Source: a virus | Direction: 5' to 3' (one strand) | IMG/VR virus record: IMGVR_UViG_3300005077_000565 | Span: 32,001 to 96,000 of that record | DNA length: 64,000 nt | In this document: positions 39,675 through 48,324 of the stretch, piece after piece | Layout: each line of letters opens with the position of its first letter | Numbering within the stretch: position 1 is the first letter of the stretch | Notes under the pieces: generated by a model | The model's input: only the letters and a program-made list of their open reading frames with translations | What the model was told of the DNA's origin: nothing | The model's database searches: none | Position numbers and translations under genes: made by a program

Positions 39675-40097
39675 ATGAAAATTCTTATTTTTGGATTACC
39701 CGGCAGCGGCAAGAGCACACTGGCAAAACCTTTTTCAGAACTAATTGGTGGAGTCTGGCTGAATGCCGATCAGGTTCGTGAAGAATACAACGACTGGGAT
39801 TTTACACCCGAGGGGCGTATTCGACAGGCACAACGTATGAGATATCTTGCCGACGGTGTCGTGAAAGCAGGAAAGATTGCAGTGGCAGATTTCGTTTGCC
39901 CTACAGAGAAAGCTCGTCTGGAGTTTGCACCTGACTACACCGTCTGGATGGACACCATCAAGTCTGGTCGTTTTGAAGATACCAATAAAATTTTTGAAAT
40001 CCCGGCCAACTACGACTACCATGTCGCCAATTGGTTTGACGATACACACGAGCAGCTAGCCAAAGTAGTGGCTGCCTATATGCGTCGTGGGGGTTAA
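39675..40097 (+). CDS. cysC: Adenylylsulfate (APS) kinase
   Basis: GLPGSGKST P-loop, LNAD.VR, DF..EGR, FVCP..R, FE.P. Confidence 0.8.
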   Translation: MKILIFGLPGSGKSTLAKPFSELIGGVWLNADQVREEYNDWDFTPEGRIRQAQRMRYLADGVVKAGKIAVADFVCPTEKARLEFAPDYTVWMDTIKSGRFEDTNKIFEIPANYDYHVANWFDDTHEQLAKVVAAYMRRGG

Positions 40098-40292
40098 ATG
40101 GCAGAGTCACAGCGAAGATCACTGCTTAAAGCCATTAGCTGGCGTGTAACTGGTACTGTTGACACTTTCATCATCAGCTGGTTCATCACAGGGGAACCAC
40201 TGTTGGCTACCGGCATAGCCGCCACAGAAGTAGTTACCAAGATAGTCTTATACTATGTTCATGAAAGAGTATGGAGTAAAATAAATGTTTGA
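40098..40292 (+). CDS. DUF2061-like small membrane protein
   Basis: RSLLKAISWR..GT.DT..YY.HERVW signature. Confidence 0.8.
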   Translation: MAESQRRSLLKAISWRVTGTVDTFIISWFITGEPLLATGIAATEVVTKIVLYYVHERVWSKINV

Positions 40293-40326
40293 TTGGAAAA
40301 AACCCACCACCCAGATGCTGGGCTGA
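40285..40326 (+). pseudogene. Orphaned 5' stub (MFDWKKPTTQMLG*) of the nucleotidyltransferase gene
   Basis: 13-codon ORF overlapping the DUF2061 stop; aligns to FDWQRPCTQVLG at the start of 41116. Confidence 0.75.
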
Positions 40327-40338
40327 TGCCACAAAATG

Positions 40339-40366
40339 ATAAATAACTTTGTAGGATAAAAGTTAT
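40339..40366 (+). promoter_or_regulatory. Late box ATAAATA overlapping a hairpin that covers the endonuclease RBS/start
   Basis: ATAACTTT (40343-40350) pairs with AAAGTTAT (40359-40366); the loop contains AGGA and the stem includes the AT of the ATG. Confidence 0.55.
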
Positions 40367-41129
40367 GGACTCATTTGTATATCGTTGGACTAACAAAACG
40401 CTGAATAAAATTTATATAGGATTCCACAAAGGTACGGAAGATGATGGCTACATTTGTTCGTCTGCTTCCAAAAAGTTTTGGGAAGATTTTAATAACCCCG
40501 CATACGTTTGGCAACGTGAAATATTATACAGGGGTATTATGAAAGAGTGTCAAGAAGTTGAACGTAAATTATTAGATGAGTTAGACATTACGTCAGAAGA
40601 TGTGTATAATCAACGAAATAATTTAATGTTTAATTTAGACAACGAAGTTAGAAATAAACTAAGCGAAGCGGCTAAAAAAAGAAATCAGAATCCTGAATAT
40701 ATTGAAAAGTTAAGGCAAGCAAGTAGAAAACAATGGGAGAATCCAGAACACCGACTTAACGTTAGTAAAGCAAACACTGGAAAAAAACATTCAAGTGAAA
40801 CAAAACAAAAGATAAAAGAAGCAAGGGCAAAACAATTAATCACTCCCGAATCAAGAATGAAAGCTGCTGAAAAATTAAAAGGCCATTCGGTATCAGTTGA
40901 AACACGACAAAAAATCAGTAAAGCACGTTTGGGAAGAAAGGTTGATAAGGAAACAATTTCGAAACGGTATGGAATAGAAACACCATATGGAATTTTTGAA
41001 AGTGTGTCTGCTTTTTTACGATACTCTAAAGAACATAGTTTGTATAAACTTAAAGATAAGTCATCTGTAATGAGACGGTTAAATGACTTCAATAATAACG
41101 AATGGAGATATCTAAATGAAAAAATTTGA
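40365..41129 (+). mobile_element. Free-standing GIY-YIG (Seg-like) homing endonuclease with NUMOD3-like repeats
   Basis: FVY..N..YIG.H..DDGY..SS nuclease motif; GKKHSSETKQKI and GHSVSVETRQKIS repeats; visibly AT-rich relative to the flanks. Confidence 0.85.
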
Positions 41130-41532
41130 TTGGCAACGGCCATGTACACAAGTATTAGGAAGATTTCAGCCCTGGCATGCTGGTCATACTGCTTTGTTTA
41201 AGCGAGCGCTGCTGGAGACCGGACAGGTGTGTATTATGATTCGCGATGTCGGCGGCATTGTAGGCGCAGATGCTGGTGCAGGGCGCACTGCGGCACAGAC
41301 CGACAACCCGTTTGATTTAGAAACTGTTAAAACCAACATCATTAACGCTCTGGGAGCTGAAGGATTCGTCTACAATAATGACTACATTATTATGTTGGTG
41401 CCCAACATTGTGGACATCAGCTATGGCCGTGGTGTAGGGTACACGTTTACCCAGCATGATCTTGGTGAAGAAATTCACGCTATCAGTGCTACACAAATAC
41501 GTGCGCAACTGCGTGCAGAAGGTAAACTATAA
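41116..41532 (+). CDS. HxGH nucleotidyltransferase (cytidyltransferase-like; possible minimal sulfate adenylyltransferase)
   Basis: LGRFQPWHAGH and ISATQIR motifs. Confidence 0.75.
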   Translation: MKKFDWQRPCTQVLGRFQPWHAGHTALFKRALLETGQVCIMIRDVGGIVGADAGAGRTAAQTDNPFDLETVKTNIINALGAEGFVYNNDYIIMLVPNIVDISYGRGVGYTFTQHDLGEEIHAISATQIRAQLRAEGKL

Positions 41533-41533
41533 T

Positions 41534-42244
41534 ATGTTAGATGTATTCTTCTTGAGTTATGATGAAGAATTTGCTGATGAAAACTTCGAATTGTTGAAGA
41601 TGTTTGCTCCACACGCTAAACGTGTTCAAGGAGTTAAAGGTATTTTCGAAGCACACCAGGAATGTGCACGCCAGTCCAGCACCAATAACTTTTATGTGTG
41701 CGATGCCGACTGTGTTATTGACGAGCAATTTTCCTTTAAATTCATCCCTAGTAACGTCAAAGAAGCCTATCCTGGAACCAAAGAAAAAGACTGCGTGTTT
41801 ACCTGGCGCAGTGTAAATCCCATAAACAAATTGATCTATGGATACGGCGCAGTTAAATTGTTCCCTAAAGAAAAACTGCTCAACGCCCAGCACTGGAATG
41901 TTGATATGACCACTACTATCGGTGCACCTTTTGTACCGAAGTTTCAGATCAGTAACGTTACAGCATTTAACACTGATCCTTTCAATACCTGGAAGAGCGC
42001 GTTCCGTGAATGTACCAAATTGGCCAGCGCTATTATTCCCAATGGCAATAACCTAGATAACGAGTATCGACTTGGCGTCTGGTGTACACGTGGGGAACGT
42101 GAACGGTTTGGTAAATTCTGTATTGATGGTGCTCAGCAGGGTCGAGATTTTGGCGCATACTATAAAAATAAGCCCGAGGTATTGAAATTAATCAATGACT
42201 TTTCCTGGTTGCGAGAACAATATGACAATACTTACAACGACTAA
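41534..42244 (+). CDS. Glycosyltransferase-like protein
   Basis: DVFFLSYDE..AH..CDAD..YGYGAVKL..WKSAFRECTKL; likely start ATG 41534. Confidence 0.6.
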   Translation: MLDVFFLSYDEEFADENFELLKMFAPHAKRVQGVKGIFEAHQECARQSSTNNFYVCDADCVIDEQFSFKFIPSNVKEAYPGTKEKDCVFTWRSVNPINKLIYGYGAVKLFPKEKLLNAQHWNVDMTTTIGAPFVPKFQISNVTAFNTDPFNTWKSAFRECTKLASAIIPNGNNLDNEYRLGVWCTRGERERFGKFCIDGAQQGRDFGAYYKNKPEVLKLINDFSWLREQYDNTYND

Positions 42245-43235
42245 CAATCATCCCGAAGCAGCACTGGATCTTGAAATAGACACTACTGCCACTCTGGATT
42301 TTAATCGAAGTGAAAACTTAGTTAATTTCCACTGGATGTACGGTCTAGAAGAATATTTGACTTACGTCAATCACCCACAATTGGAAAAATTCGTCAGTAT
42401 CAAGAAAGCACTGTTTCATGGCAACGCCTGGAAAATTCGAGAACTACTACTAGATGAAATTCATCGTGGACCCGTAGTATATACTGAAGAATTTACCAAA
42501 ATTATCATGGGCAATTACATTGGATATCAGTATGCTAACCACCGTAAAGTATTACGCTATGTTGCGCACTGTATTGATGATGAGTTTATCAGAAAAATCA
42601 GCGCCTGGAGTATCAAGTGGCAGATGAGGGCCAACCTAAACGATCACTTCAGTCGCGGACAGATGCAGAGTAAGCTCTGGTTAATTCAGGAATTAAAACA
42701 AGTACTGAATAACACTGACCACCAGTTACCGAAAATCAATGAAATAGTTCAATACGGTGGCTGGTATGCCACGGTTGCACATTTTATATTTAAAGAGTTT
42801 AGTCCTAGCCAATACTATAGTCTAGAGTTAGATCCAGTGTGTATAGACATTGCCGACGATTTCAATGCCGAGCAGTGTTATGACGGCTGGAAATTTAAGA
42901 GCATACCCATGGATGTCAATGACATACACTGGCGTGATCGTTCTTTCCCGGCCTATATTCATACACGCGATGGGCGAGAAATTGAATTAAAATTAACACC
43001 GGACCTGATAATCAACACCAGTTGTGAACACATGGACGACAGTTGGTTCAAAAATATCCCACGTGGAACTCTAGTTTGTCTGCAAACCAACAACTATTTT
43101 GAAAACGAGCAGCACGTTAACTGTGTAGCCAGCGTCAATGAAGCCATCTCAAAATACAAATTCAGTAAATTATTCTACAGTGGAGAATTGGACACTCAGA
43201 TGTATAAACGTTTCATGCTGATTGGAATCAGATGA
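42222..43235 (+). CDS. SAM-dependent methyltransferase-like protein
   Basis: GGWYA glycine loop, acidic ELD after the second strand, INTSCEH; likely start ATG 42222. Confidence 0.6.
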   Translation: MTILTTTNNHPEAALDLEIDTTATLDFNRSENLVNFHWMYGLEEYLTYVNHPQLEKFVSIKKALFHGNAWKIRELLLDEIHRGPVVYTEEFTKIIMGNYIGYQYANHRKVLRYVAHCIDDEFIRKISAWSIKWQMRANLNDHFSRGQMQSKLWLIQELKQVLNNTDHQLPKINEIVQYGGWYATVAHFIFKEFSPSQYYSLELDPVCIDIADDFNAEQCYDGWKFKSIPMDVNDIHWRDRSFPAYIHTRDGREIELKLTPDLIINTSCEHMDDSWFKNIPRGTLVCLQTNNYFENEQHVNCVASVNEAISKYKFSKLFYSGELDTQMYKRFMLIGIR

Positions 43236-43459
43236 AGGATATCACTGAATTAACGCTGCGAGAATTACAGACTGAGAGTGCACGTGCTCTGATAATTTTT
43301 GGTGCGACAAATAACAACATTAAAAAATTTAACGATGAAGCACGCCACGACAGCCAGAATTGGTATCGTGCCGTGATATTTGAATATTTAAAACAATACG
43401 GCGGTCTACCAAGCAACGTGGGCCCTGGCCGAGACGTAAAATTAGTCTGCGATGTATAA
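43232..43459 (+). CDS. Small hypothetical protein
   Basis: Fills the gap with overlaps at both ends (ATGA at the start). Confidence 0.6.
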   Translation: MKDITELTLRELQTESARALIIFGATNNNIKKFNDEARHDSQNWYRAVIFEYLKQYGGLPSNVGPGRDVKLVCDV

Positions 43460-44528
43460 ATTACAAGACATAAAAACAGTTCATCTGGAGATCACACAGG
43501 CCTGTCAGGCCGCCTGTCCCATGTGCGACCGTAATCAAAACGGTGGTGCACTAAATCCTCACATCAACTTAGACGAACTGACACTGGCGGATTGCCAAAA
43601 GATTTTCTCTCCGGAATTTATTCGTCAGTTGAACACTATGTATATGTGTGGTAATTTAGGTGATCCCATTGTTGCACGTGATACTCTTGAAGTATTTCGT
43701 TATTTTAGGCAGCACAATCCCAAGATGTGGTTATCAATGAATACCAATGCCGGTGCCAGAGACACCGAGTGGTGGACTGAACTTGCTAAAGTTTTTGGGC
43801 GTCAGGGGACTGTGATTTTTTCTGTAGATGGCCTTTCAGACACCAATCACATATACCGGCAAAATGTTCGCTGGGAGGCTGTGGAAAATTCCATGCGTAG
43901 TTTTATCGCCGCCGGCGGCCGAGCACGCTGGGATTTTTTAATATTCGATTATAATCAGCATCAGGTCGAGCATGCACGTGAATTCAGCACAGAGCTGGGA
44001 TTTGAAAAGTTTGTTGCCAAAAAAACCGGACGTTTCGTAACCTCGATGTTTGATAAAAAAGATCAGCATCAGGCAGTAAATCGTCGTGGCGAGCAGACGG
44101 TGATATTAAAGAAACCCAGTGAAGAGTTTCAAAATCCTGCATTAAAAAAATACGACGCAGTTGTTGAAAAGTATGGCACCATAGACGACTACCATGATCA
44201 GACTGCAATACATTGTAAAGTCAAAGATGAAGGTAACTTGTTCATCACAGCAGAGGGTCTGGCCTTGCCCTGTTGCTGGACCGCCGGACGTATGTACAAG
44301 TGGTTTCATGAAGACTACCGAGCTGAACAGATCTGGAATTATATCGATCAAGTCGGTGGTAAATCTGCTTTAGATGCCAGACTGGGTCTGGAGCGTGTTT
44401 TTGACACTGGTATATTTGATCTAATAGAGCAGAGTTGGTCTCAACCCAGTTGCAAGTCTGGAAAACTTAAAGTATGTGCGCAGAAATGCGGTGTTGAACT
44501 GGATCTGTTTAAAGAACAGTTTTCTTGA
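43452..44528 (+). CDS. Radical SAM protein with C-terminal SPASM/twitch-like motifs
   Basis: CQAACPMC, CGNLGDP; C-terminal C..LPCCW..CAQKC. Confidence 0.88.
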   Translation: MYKLQDIKTVHLEITQACQAACPMCDRNQNGGALNPHINLDELTLADCQKIFSPEFIRQLNTMYMCGNLGDPIVARDTLEVFRYFRQHNPKMWLSMNTNAGARDTEWWTELAKVFGRQGTVIFSVDGLSDTNHIYRQNVRWEAVENSMRSFIAAGGRARWDFLIFDYNQHQVEHAREFSTELGFEKFVAKKTGRFVTSMFDKKDQHQAVNRRGEQTVILKKPSEEFQNPALKKYDAVVEKYGTIDDYHDQTAIHCKVKDEGNLFITAEGLALPCCWTAGRMYKWFHEDYRAEQIWNYIDQVGGKSALDARLGLERVFDTGIFDLIEQSWSQPSCKSGKLKVCAQKCGVELDLFKEQFS

Positions 44529-45789
44529 TTAGACGATTTCGAAATTCTACTAGTTCGGGAAACGTAGTGGCAAAATCAGTGCCACGTAATCGATCATACT
44601 CAGCGACTCCACGATCAAATGCCTGACAGATTGCCGGTGTGTAAAAACTCTCATCGGCATTTTTAATTGACCTTACTGCACCAATCAGCGGATCTGTCCA
44701 GAATTTTGGTGCACCATCAGTGATAACGTTAGTGAGTTTACTAATGGCAATATCACGATATTCCTGGTCAGCTGAAAATAACGTAACTGCTACGGATCGA
44801 CTAGACCAGGGGACTATTTTTGCCGGGACCTTACTTCCTATACGGCAGTTGTCATGTAGCCATTGTGTCCATTCATCTATAGTAAGGGCGTTGAACACAT
44901 TTAAGCATGATTGTATGGCTACTTTTATGCCATTGCGTTTTATTTTATCAAATGTCTCCAGCCATTTATGATCGCGATAGCCATAACGTATATATGCGCC
45001 GCGATCGCCATGTCCATCATTGCTTAGAGTAATACTGCAACGATCGCCCCAGTGCACTAGATAGTTCTCAATGATATCAACTCCACGATAACTTGTAGTT
45101 ATACTACCATTAGTGTGAGACCATATTTTAATAGTTTTATGTAGTCCACGCTTGATCATTTCCTCTAACAATTCATGAAAGTCTTCACTCATGAAGGGTT
45201 CACCACCATTTAGGTGTATTAGACGTAGACTGTCGCTGTGGTCTAAAATGTATTTCAACATTTTTTTAGAATCATTCTGCCAGATTATTGAACTAGATTT
45301 TCTACTATCGGGATGCAGCGTATAATGTGCATGCTGATAGTTATTTGCGATAGTTGAACTCAGTTCTGGACTACACCCCAGGCAGGCAAAATTGCATTTG
45401 TTGGTCCAGAGTAGGTCTAACCAGACTGGTTTGAACTGATCAGTAGTATTGTATATAATGTCATTCAGATCATTAACGGCATTTTTATTATTAAACAGTC
45501 GGACGTCACTGATAGTATCGGATAGATTTTCCTGCCGCCAGCATGATCGGCATGCGTCAGGCCGTTCTCCTTTTAAGAATGCCGACCTTAATTTTCTGGA
45601 ATTTTCGCTATTGACTATATTTTCCAGTGAATCTGTGTTAAAATTACCCAGTGGGTATCTAGTTTTGCAACAGGGAGATACCAATCCTTCTGGTCCAATA
45701 TGAACACTGCTAAATGGTGCAGCACATAGATGGTCACCGAATTGAGTTGATATATTTTCAGGTAAACTAGACGGTGATTGTTCAGTCAT
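44509..45789 (-). CDS. Radical SAM protein with N-terminal twitch-like motifs (inverted orientation)
   Basis: CNFACLGC, LNGGEP; LCAAPF..PCC..CRSCW. Confidence 0.88.
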   Translation of the reverse strand: MTEQSPSSLPENISTQFGDHLCAAPFSSVHIGPEGLVSPCCKTRYPLGNFNTDSLENIVNSENSRKLRSAFLKGERPDACRSCWRQENLSDTISDVRLFNNKNAVNDLNDIIYNTTDQFKPVWLDLLWTNKCNFACLGCSPELSSTIANNYQHAHYTLHPDSRKSSSIIWQNDSKKMLKYILDHSDSLRLIHLNGGEPFMSEDFHELLEEMIKRGLHKTIKIWSHTNGSITTSYRGVDIIENYLVHWGDRCSITLSNDGHGDRGAYIRYGYRDHKWLETFDKIKRNGIKVAIQSCLNVFNALTIDEWTQWLHDNCRIGSKVPAKIVPWSSRSVAVTLFSADQEYRDIAISKLTNVITDGAPKFWTDPLIGAVRSIKNADESFYTPAICQAFDRGVAEYDRLRGTDFATTFPELVEFRNRLIKKTVL

Positions 45790-45802
45790 AAATATATTTA
45801 TA
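45788..45802. promoter_or_regulatory. Palindromic pair of late boxes between divergent genes
   Basis: ATAAATA on + (45788-45794) and TATAAATA on - (45802-45795). Confidence 0.55.
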
Positions 45803-45815
45803 AAATACGCACATA

Positions 45816-46940
45816 ATGAATCTAACTGACGTCAATAAGATAGAATTAGAACTTACCTCTAGATGTAATGCTGCATGCCCAGGCTGTGCCCGCACATTAA
45901 ATCCCGGAAAGTTCCCCATCGCAGACCTAACCATCGCTGATATAAAACGTTTATTTCCTGTTGAATACATAAAAGACAAAAAATTTAAACTCTGCGGAGT
46001 TCTAGGAGACCCGGTGTTCAATGATGATTGTCTGGAAATAACAGAATACATCGTAAGAAACGGTGGATACTGCCAGATTAGTACCAACGCCGGTATCCAA
46101 ACCGCCGGCTGGTGGCGTAAACTGGGTGCGCTGTCAGCTGAAACTGGTTTAGTTGATGTTGCGTTCTGTATTGATGGCCATGCTGAAACCAATCATATAT
46201 ATCGTGTCAATACCTACTTCCCTACTATATTAAGAAATCTAGAATCGTATTATCAGGGCGGCGCCGGCCAGGCCCTGGGGACCTGGGTTTACATTGTATT
46301 TGACCATAACGAACACGAAGTCGATGCTGCACGCGAAACTGCTCAGCGGCTTAATTTGAAATTCGCACTGCGTACAGGAATGCGTAATAGCATGTCTAAT
46401 TGGGTGGCCGAAGTCAAAACAAAAAAATCTGATCATGTTGTTCGAGAACAACGAACGATAACCACCACTGGTGAAAAAGAACACAGCAAAAAACAACAAG
46501 TACAACAAATCGAATCAGTGGTGACACAGTATCAGCAGTCTGTAGTAAACAGTACACCAGTTTCATCAGAAGTGCGCCAGCTGGTTGCAGAAACTGTCAG
46601 TACTATCACATGTAAGTTAGTGCACGAAGGTGAAATTTTCATTGCCAGTAATTTAACCGTCTGGCCCTGTTGTTTCCTCTGGGACAGCTATTTCAAAAAT
46701 AAAGACAGTATTGTAGACAAGTTATCGGATTTTGACTCTGACTGGAACAGTGTGGCCACTAAAAGTATCGCAGACGTCATTGGGCATCGTTGGTTCAGTA
46801 ATGAACTCGGCGAAAGCTGGAATTTTGACCATCCACGACATTTAACACGATGTGTTAAAACTTGTGCACACAACAAAGCATATCACAACGAAGTAAAGAT
46901 AATAGATCAACATGGAAAAACAACAGAAATATCCCAGTAA
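45816..46940 (+). CDS. Radical SAM protein, paralog of 43452
   Basis: CNAACPGC, CGVLGDP; C-terminal WPCCF..CVKTC. Confidence 0.88.
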   Translation: MNLTDVNKIELELTSRCNAACPGCARTLNPGKFPIADLTIADIKRLFPVEYIKDKKFKLCGVLGDPVFNDDCLEITEYIVRNGGYCQISTNAGIQTAGWWRKLGALSAETGLVDVAFCIDGHAETNHIYRVNTYFPTILRNLESYYQGGAGQALGTWVYIVFDHNEHEVDAARETAQRLNLKFALRTGMRNSMSNWVAEVKTKKSDHVVREQRTITTTGEKEHSKKQQVQQIESVVTQYQQSVVNSTPVSSEVRQLVAETVSTITCKLVHEGEIFIASNLTVWPCCFLWDSYFKNKDSIVDKLSDFDSDWNSVATKSIADVIGHRWFSNELGESWNFDHPRHLTRCVKTCAHNKAYHNEVKIIDQHGKTTEISQ

Positions 46941-48324
46941 GACATTTTGTATTTTACCCTGGGTACACTTGAGTACGCGGCCTGATGGCCAGATGCGTGT
47001 GTGTTGTACTGCCAATGCCAGTGCAGTAGGACCCACCAACGATAAATTGAACGGTGGTAACATCGGCGTCCTAAAAGACGAAGAAGGTCGTCCAAATAAT
47101 TTAAACGTGTCAGATTTCCTGTCCAGCTGGAATAGTTCATATATGAAGAATGTACGGCGTCAGATGCTCAATGGAGAGGAACCACCTAGTTGTACCAAAT
47201 GCTACAAGGAAGAACGTGCCGGCCACAAGAGTAAGCGAGAATGGGAAACCAAATACTGGAGTGAACGTGTGGATTTAGATCAACTCGTCGCCGATACTGC
47301 CGAAGATGGTAGCATACCTCCCAAACTTAGTTATATTGATCTTCGATTTGGTACCAAGTGTCAGCTGGCCTGTATAATGTGTAGTCCTCATGACAGCAGT
47401 GGCTGGATCAAAGAATGGAAAGCTATTCATCCCACCATTGAAAATAAAAATGTGCGCGAAGTCTGGCAGTGGGACAACAAGGGCAGTGTCAACGGCAGCA
47501 GTTATAACTGGCATAAAAATAATCCGGTGTTCTGGGAACAATTTTATGAACAGATACCTCATATGAAACAGGTTTATTTTGCCGGCGGTGAAAGTTTAAT
47601 CATTGAAGAGCACTACGAAATACTTGAAGAAATTATTCGACAGGGTCGTGCCAACGACATGGAAATTCGCTACAACAGCAATGGCGTTGAATGGCGTGAT
47701 GATCTTTTCGATCTCTGGAAAGAATTTAAAATTGTTAGATTTCACTACAGTGTCGATGATATTGGAGCACGTAATGAATACATACGCTATCCCAGTAAGT
47801 GGGCACGTACAGAAGAAGTATTCCGCATATTAGATGAACAGACCAGTGATAACGTAGAAGTAACAGTGGCCTGCGCAGTTAATGCATTAAATGTCTATTA
47901 TCTGCCGGATTTTCTAAAGTGGAAACTGACACAAAATTTTAAAAAGATCAACATGTGGCCACTGAGCGCCGGCGGCCTAAATTATCACTTTGTCTATTGG
48001 CCGCCCTATTTAAATGTTAAATCATTGCCACAATGGTTCAAAGATGAATGTGAGCGCAAATATGAAGAATTTATACCATGGTGGCGTGAACACTGGCAGC
48101 TTGGTGTTCCCGCGCATCTACAGGGCACAGTACCGCAGGACAAGTGGGAATCCGCTGAATATGGTATTAAAAGACTACGCGGCATAATAAGCTTCATGAA
48201 GTCCGAGGACTGGAGTGTACGGCTTCCAGAAATGCAGGAATATTTGGAAAAGATTGATGCACATCGCGGCACTAGTTTTTATGATACATTTGTTGACATG
48301 AAGGATATTTTTAAAAATGTTTGA
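46912..48324 (+). CDS. Radical SAM protein with N-terminal twitch-like motifs
   Basis: CQLACIMC, FAGGE; FCILPW..VCC..CTKCY. Confidence 0.88.
   Translation: MEKQQKYPSKTFCILPWVHLSTRPDGQMRVCCTANASAVGPTNDKLNGGNIGVLKDEEGRPNNLNVSDFLSSWNSSYMKNVRRQMLNGEEPPSCTKCYKEERAGHKSKREWETKYWSERVDLDQLVADTAEDGSIPPKLSYIDLRFGTKCQLACIMCSPHDSSGWIKEWKAIHPTIENKNVREVWQWDNKGSVNGSSYNWHKNNPVFWEQFYEQIPHMKQVYFAGGESLIIEEHYEILEEIIRQGRANDMEIRYNSNGVEWRDDLFDLWKEFKIVRFHYSVDDIGARNEYIRYPSKWARTEEVFRILDEQTSDNVEVTVACAVNALNVYYLPDFLKWKLTQNFKKINMWPLSAGGLNYHFVYWPPYLNVKSLPQWFKDECERKYEEFIPWWREHWQLGVPAHLQGTVPQDKWESAEYGIKRLRGIISFMKSEDWSVRLPEMQEYLEKIDAHRGTSFYDTFVDMKDIFKNV

Noticed and set aside
40324-41160. Group I intron containing the homing endonuclease
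   Set aside because: Only about 40 nt precede the ORF and its 3' end overlaps the next gene, leaving no space for a catalytic core; the downstream gene has its own complete N-terminus
43232-43459. RiPP precursor peptide for the radical SAM enzymes
   Set aside because: Looks like a small helical protein with no evident leader/core pattern; no RRE/PqqD, peptidase or exporter recognised nearby
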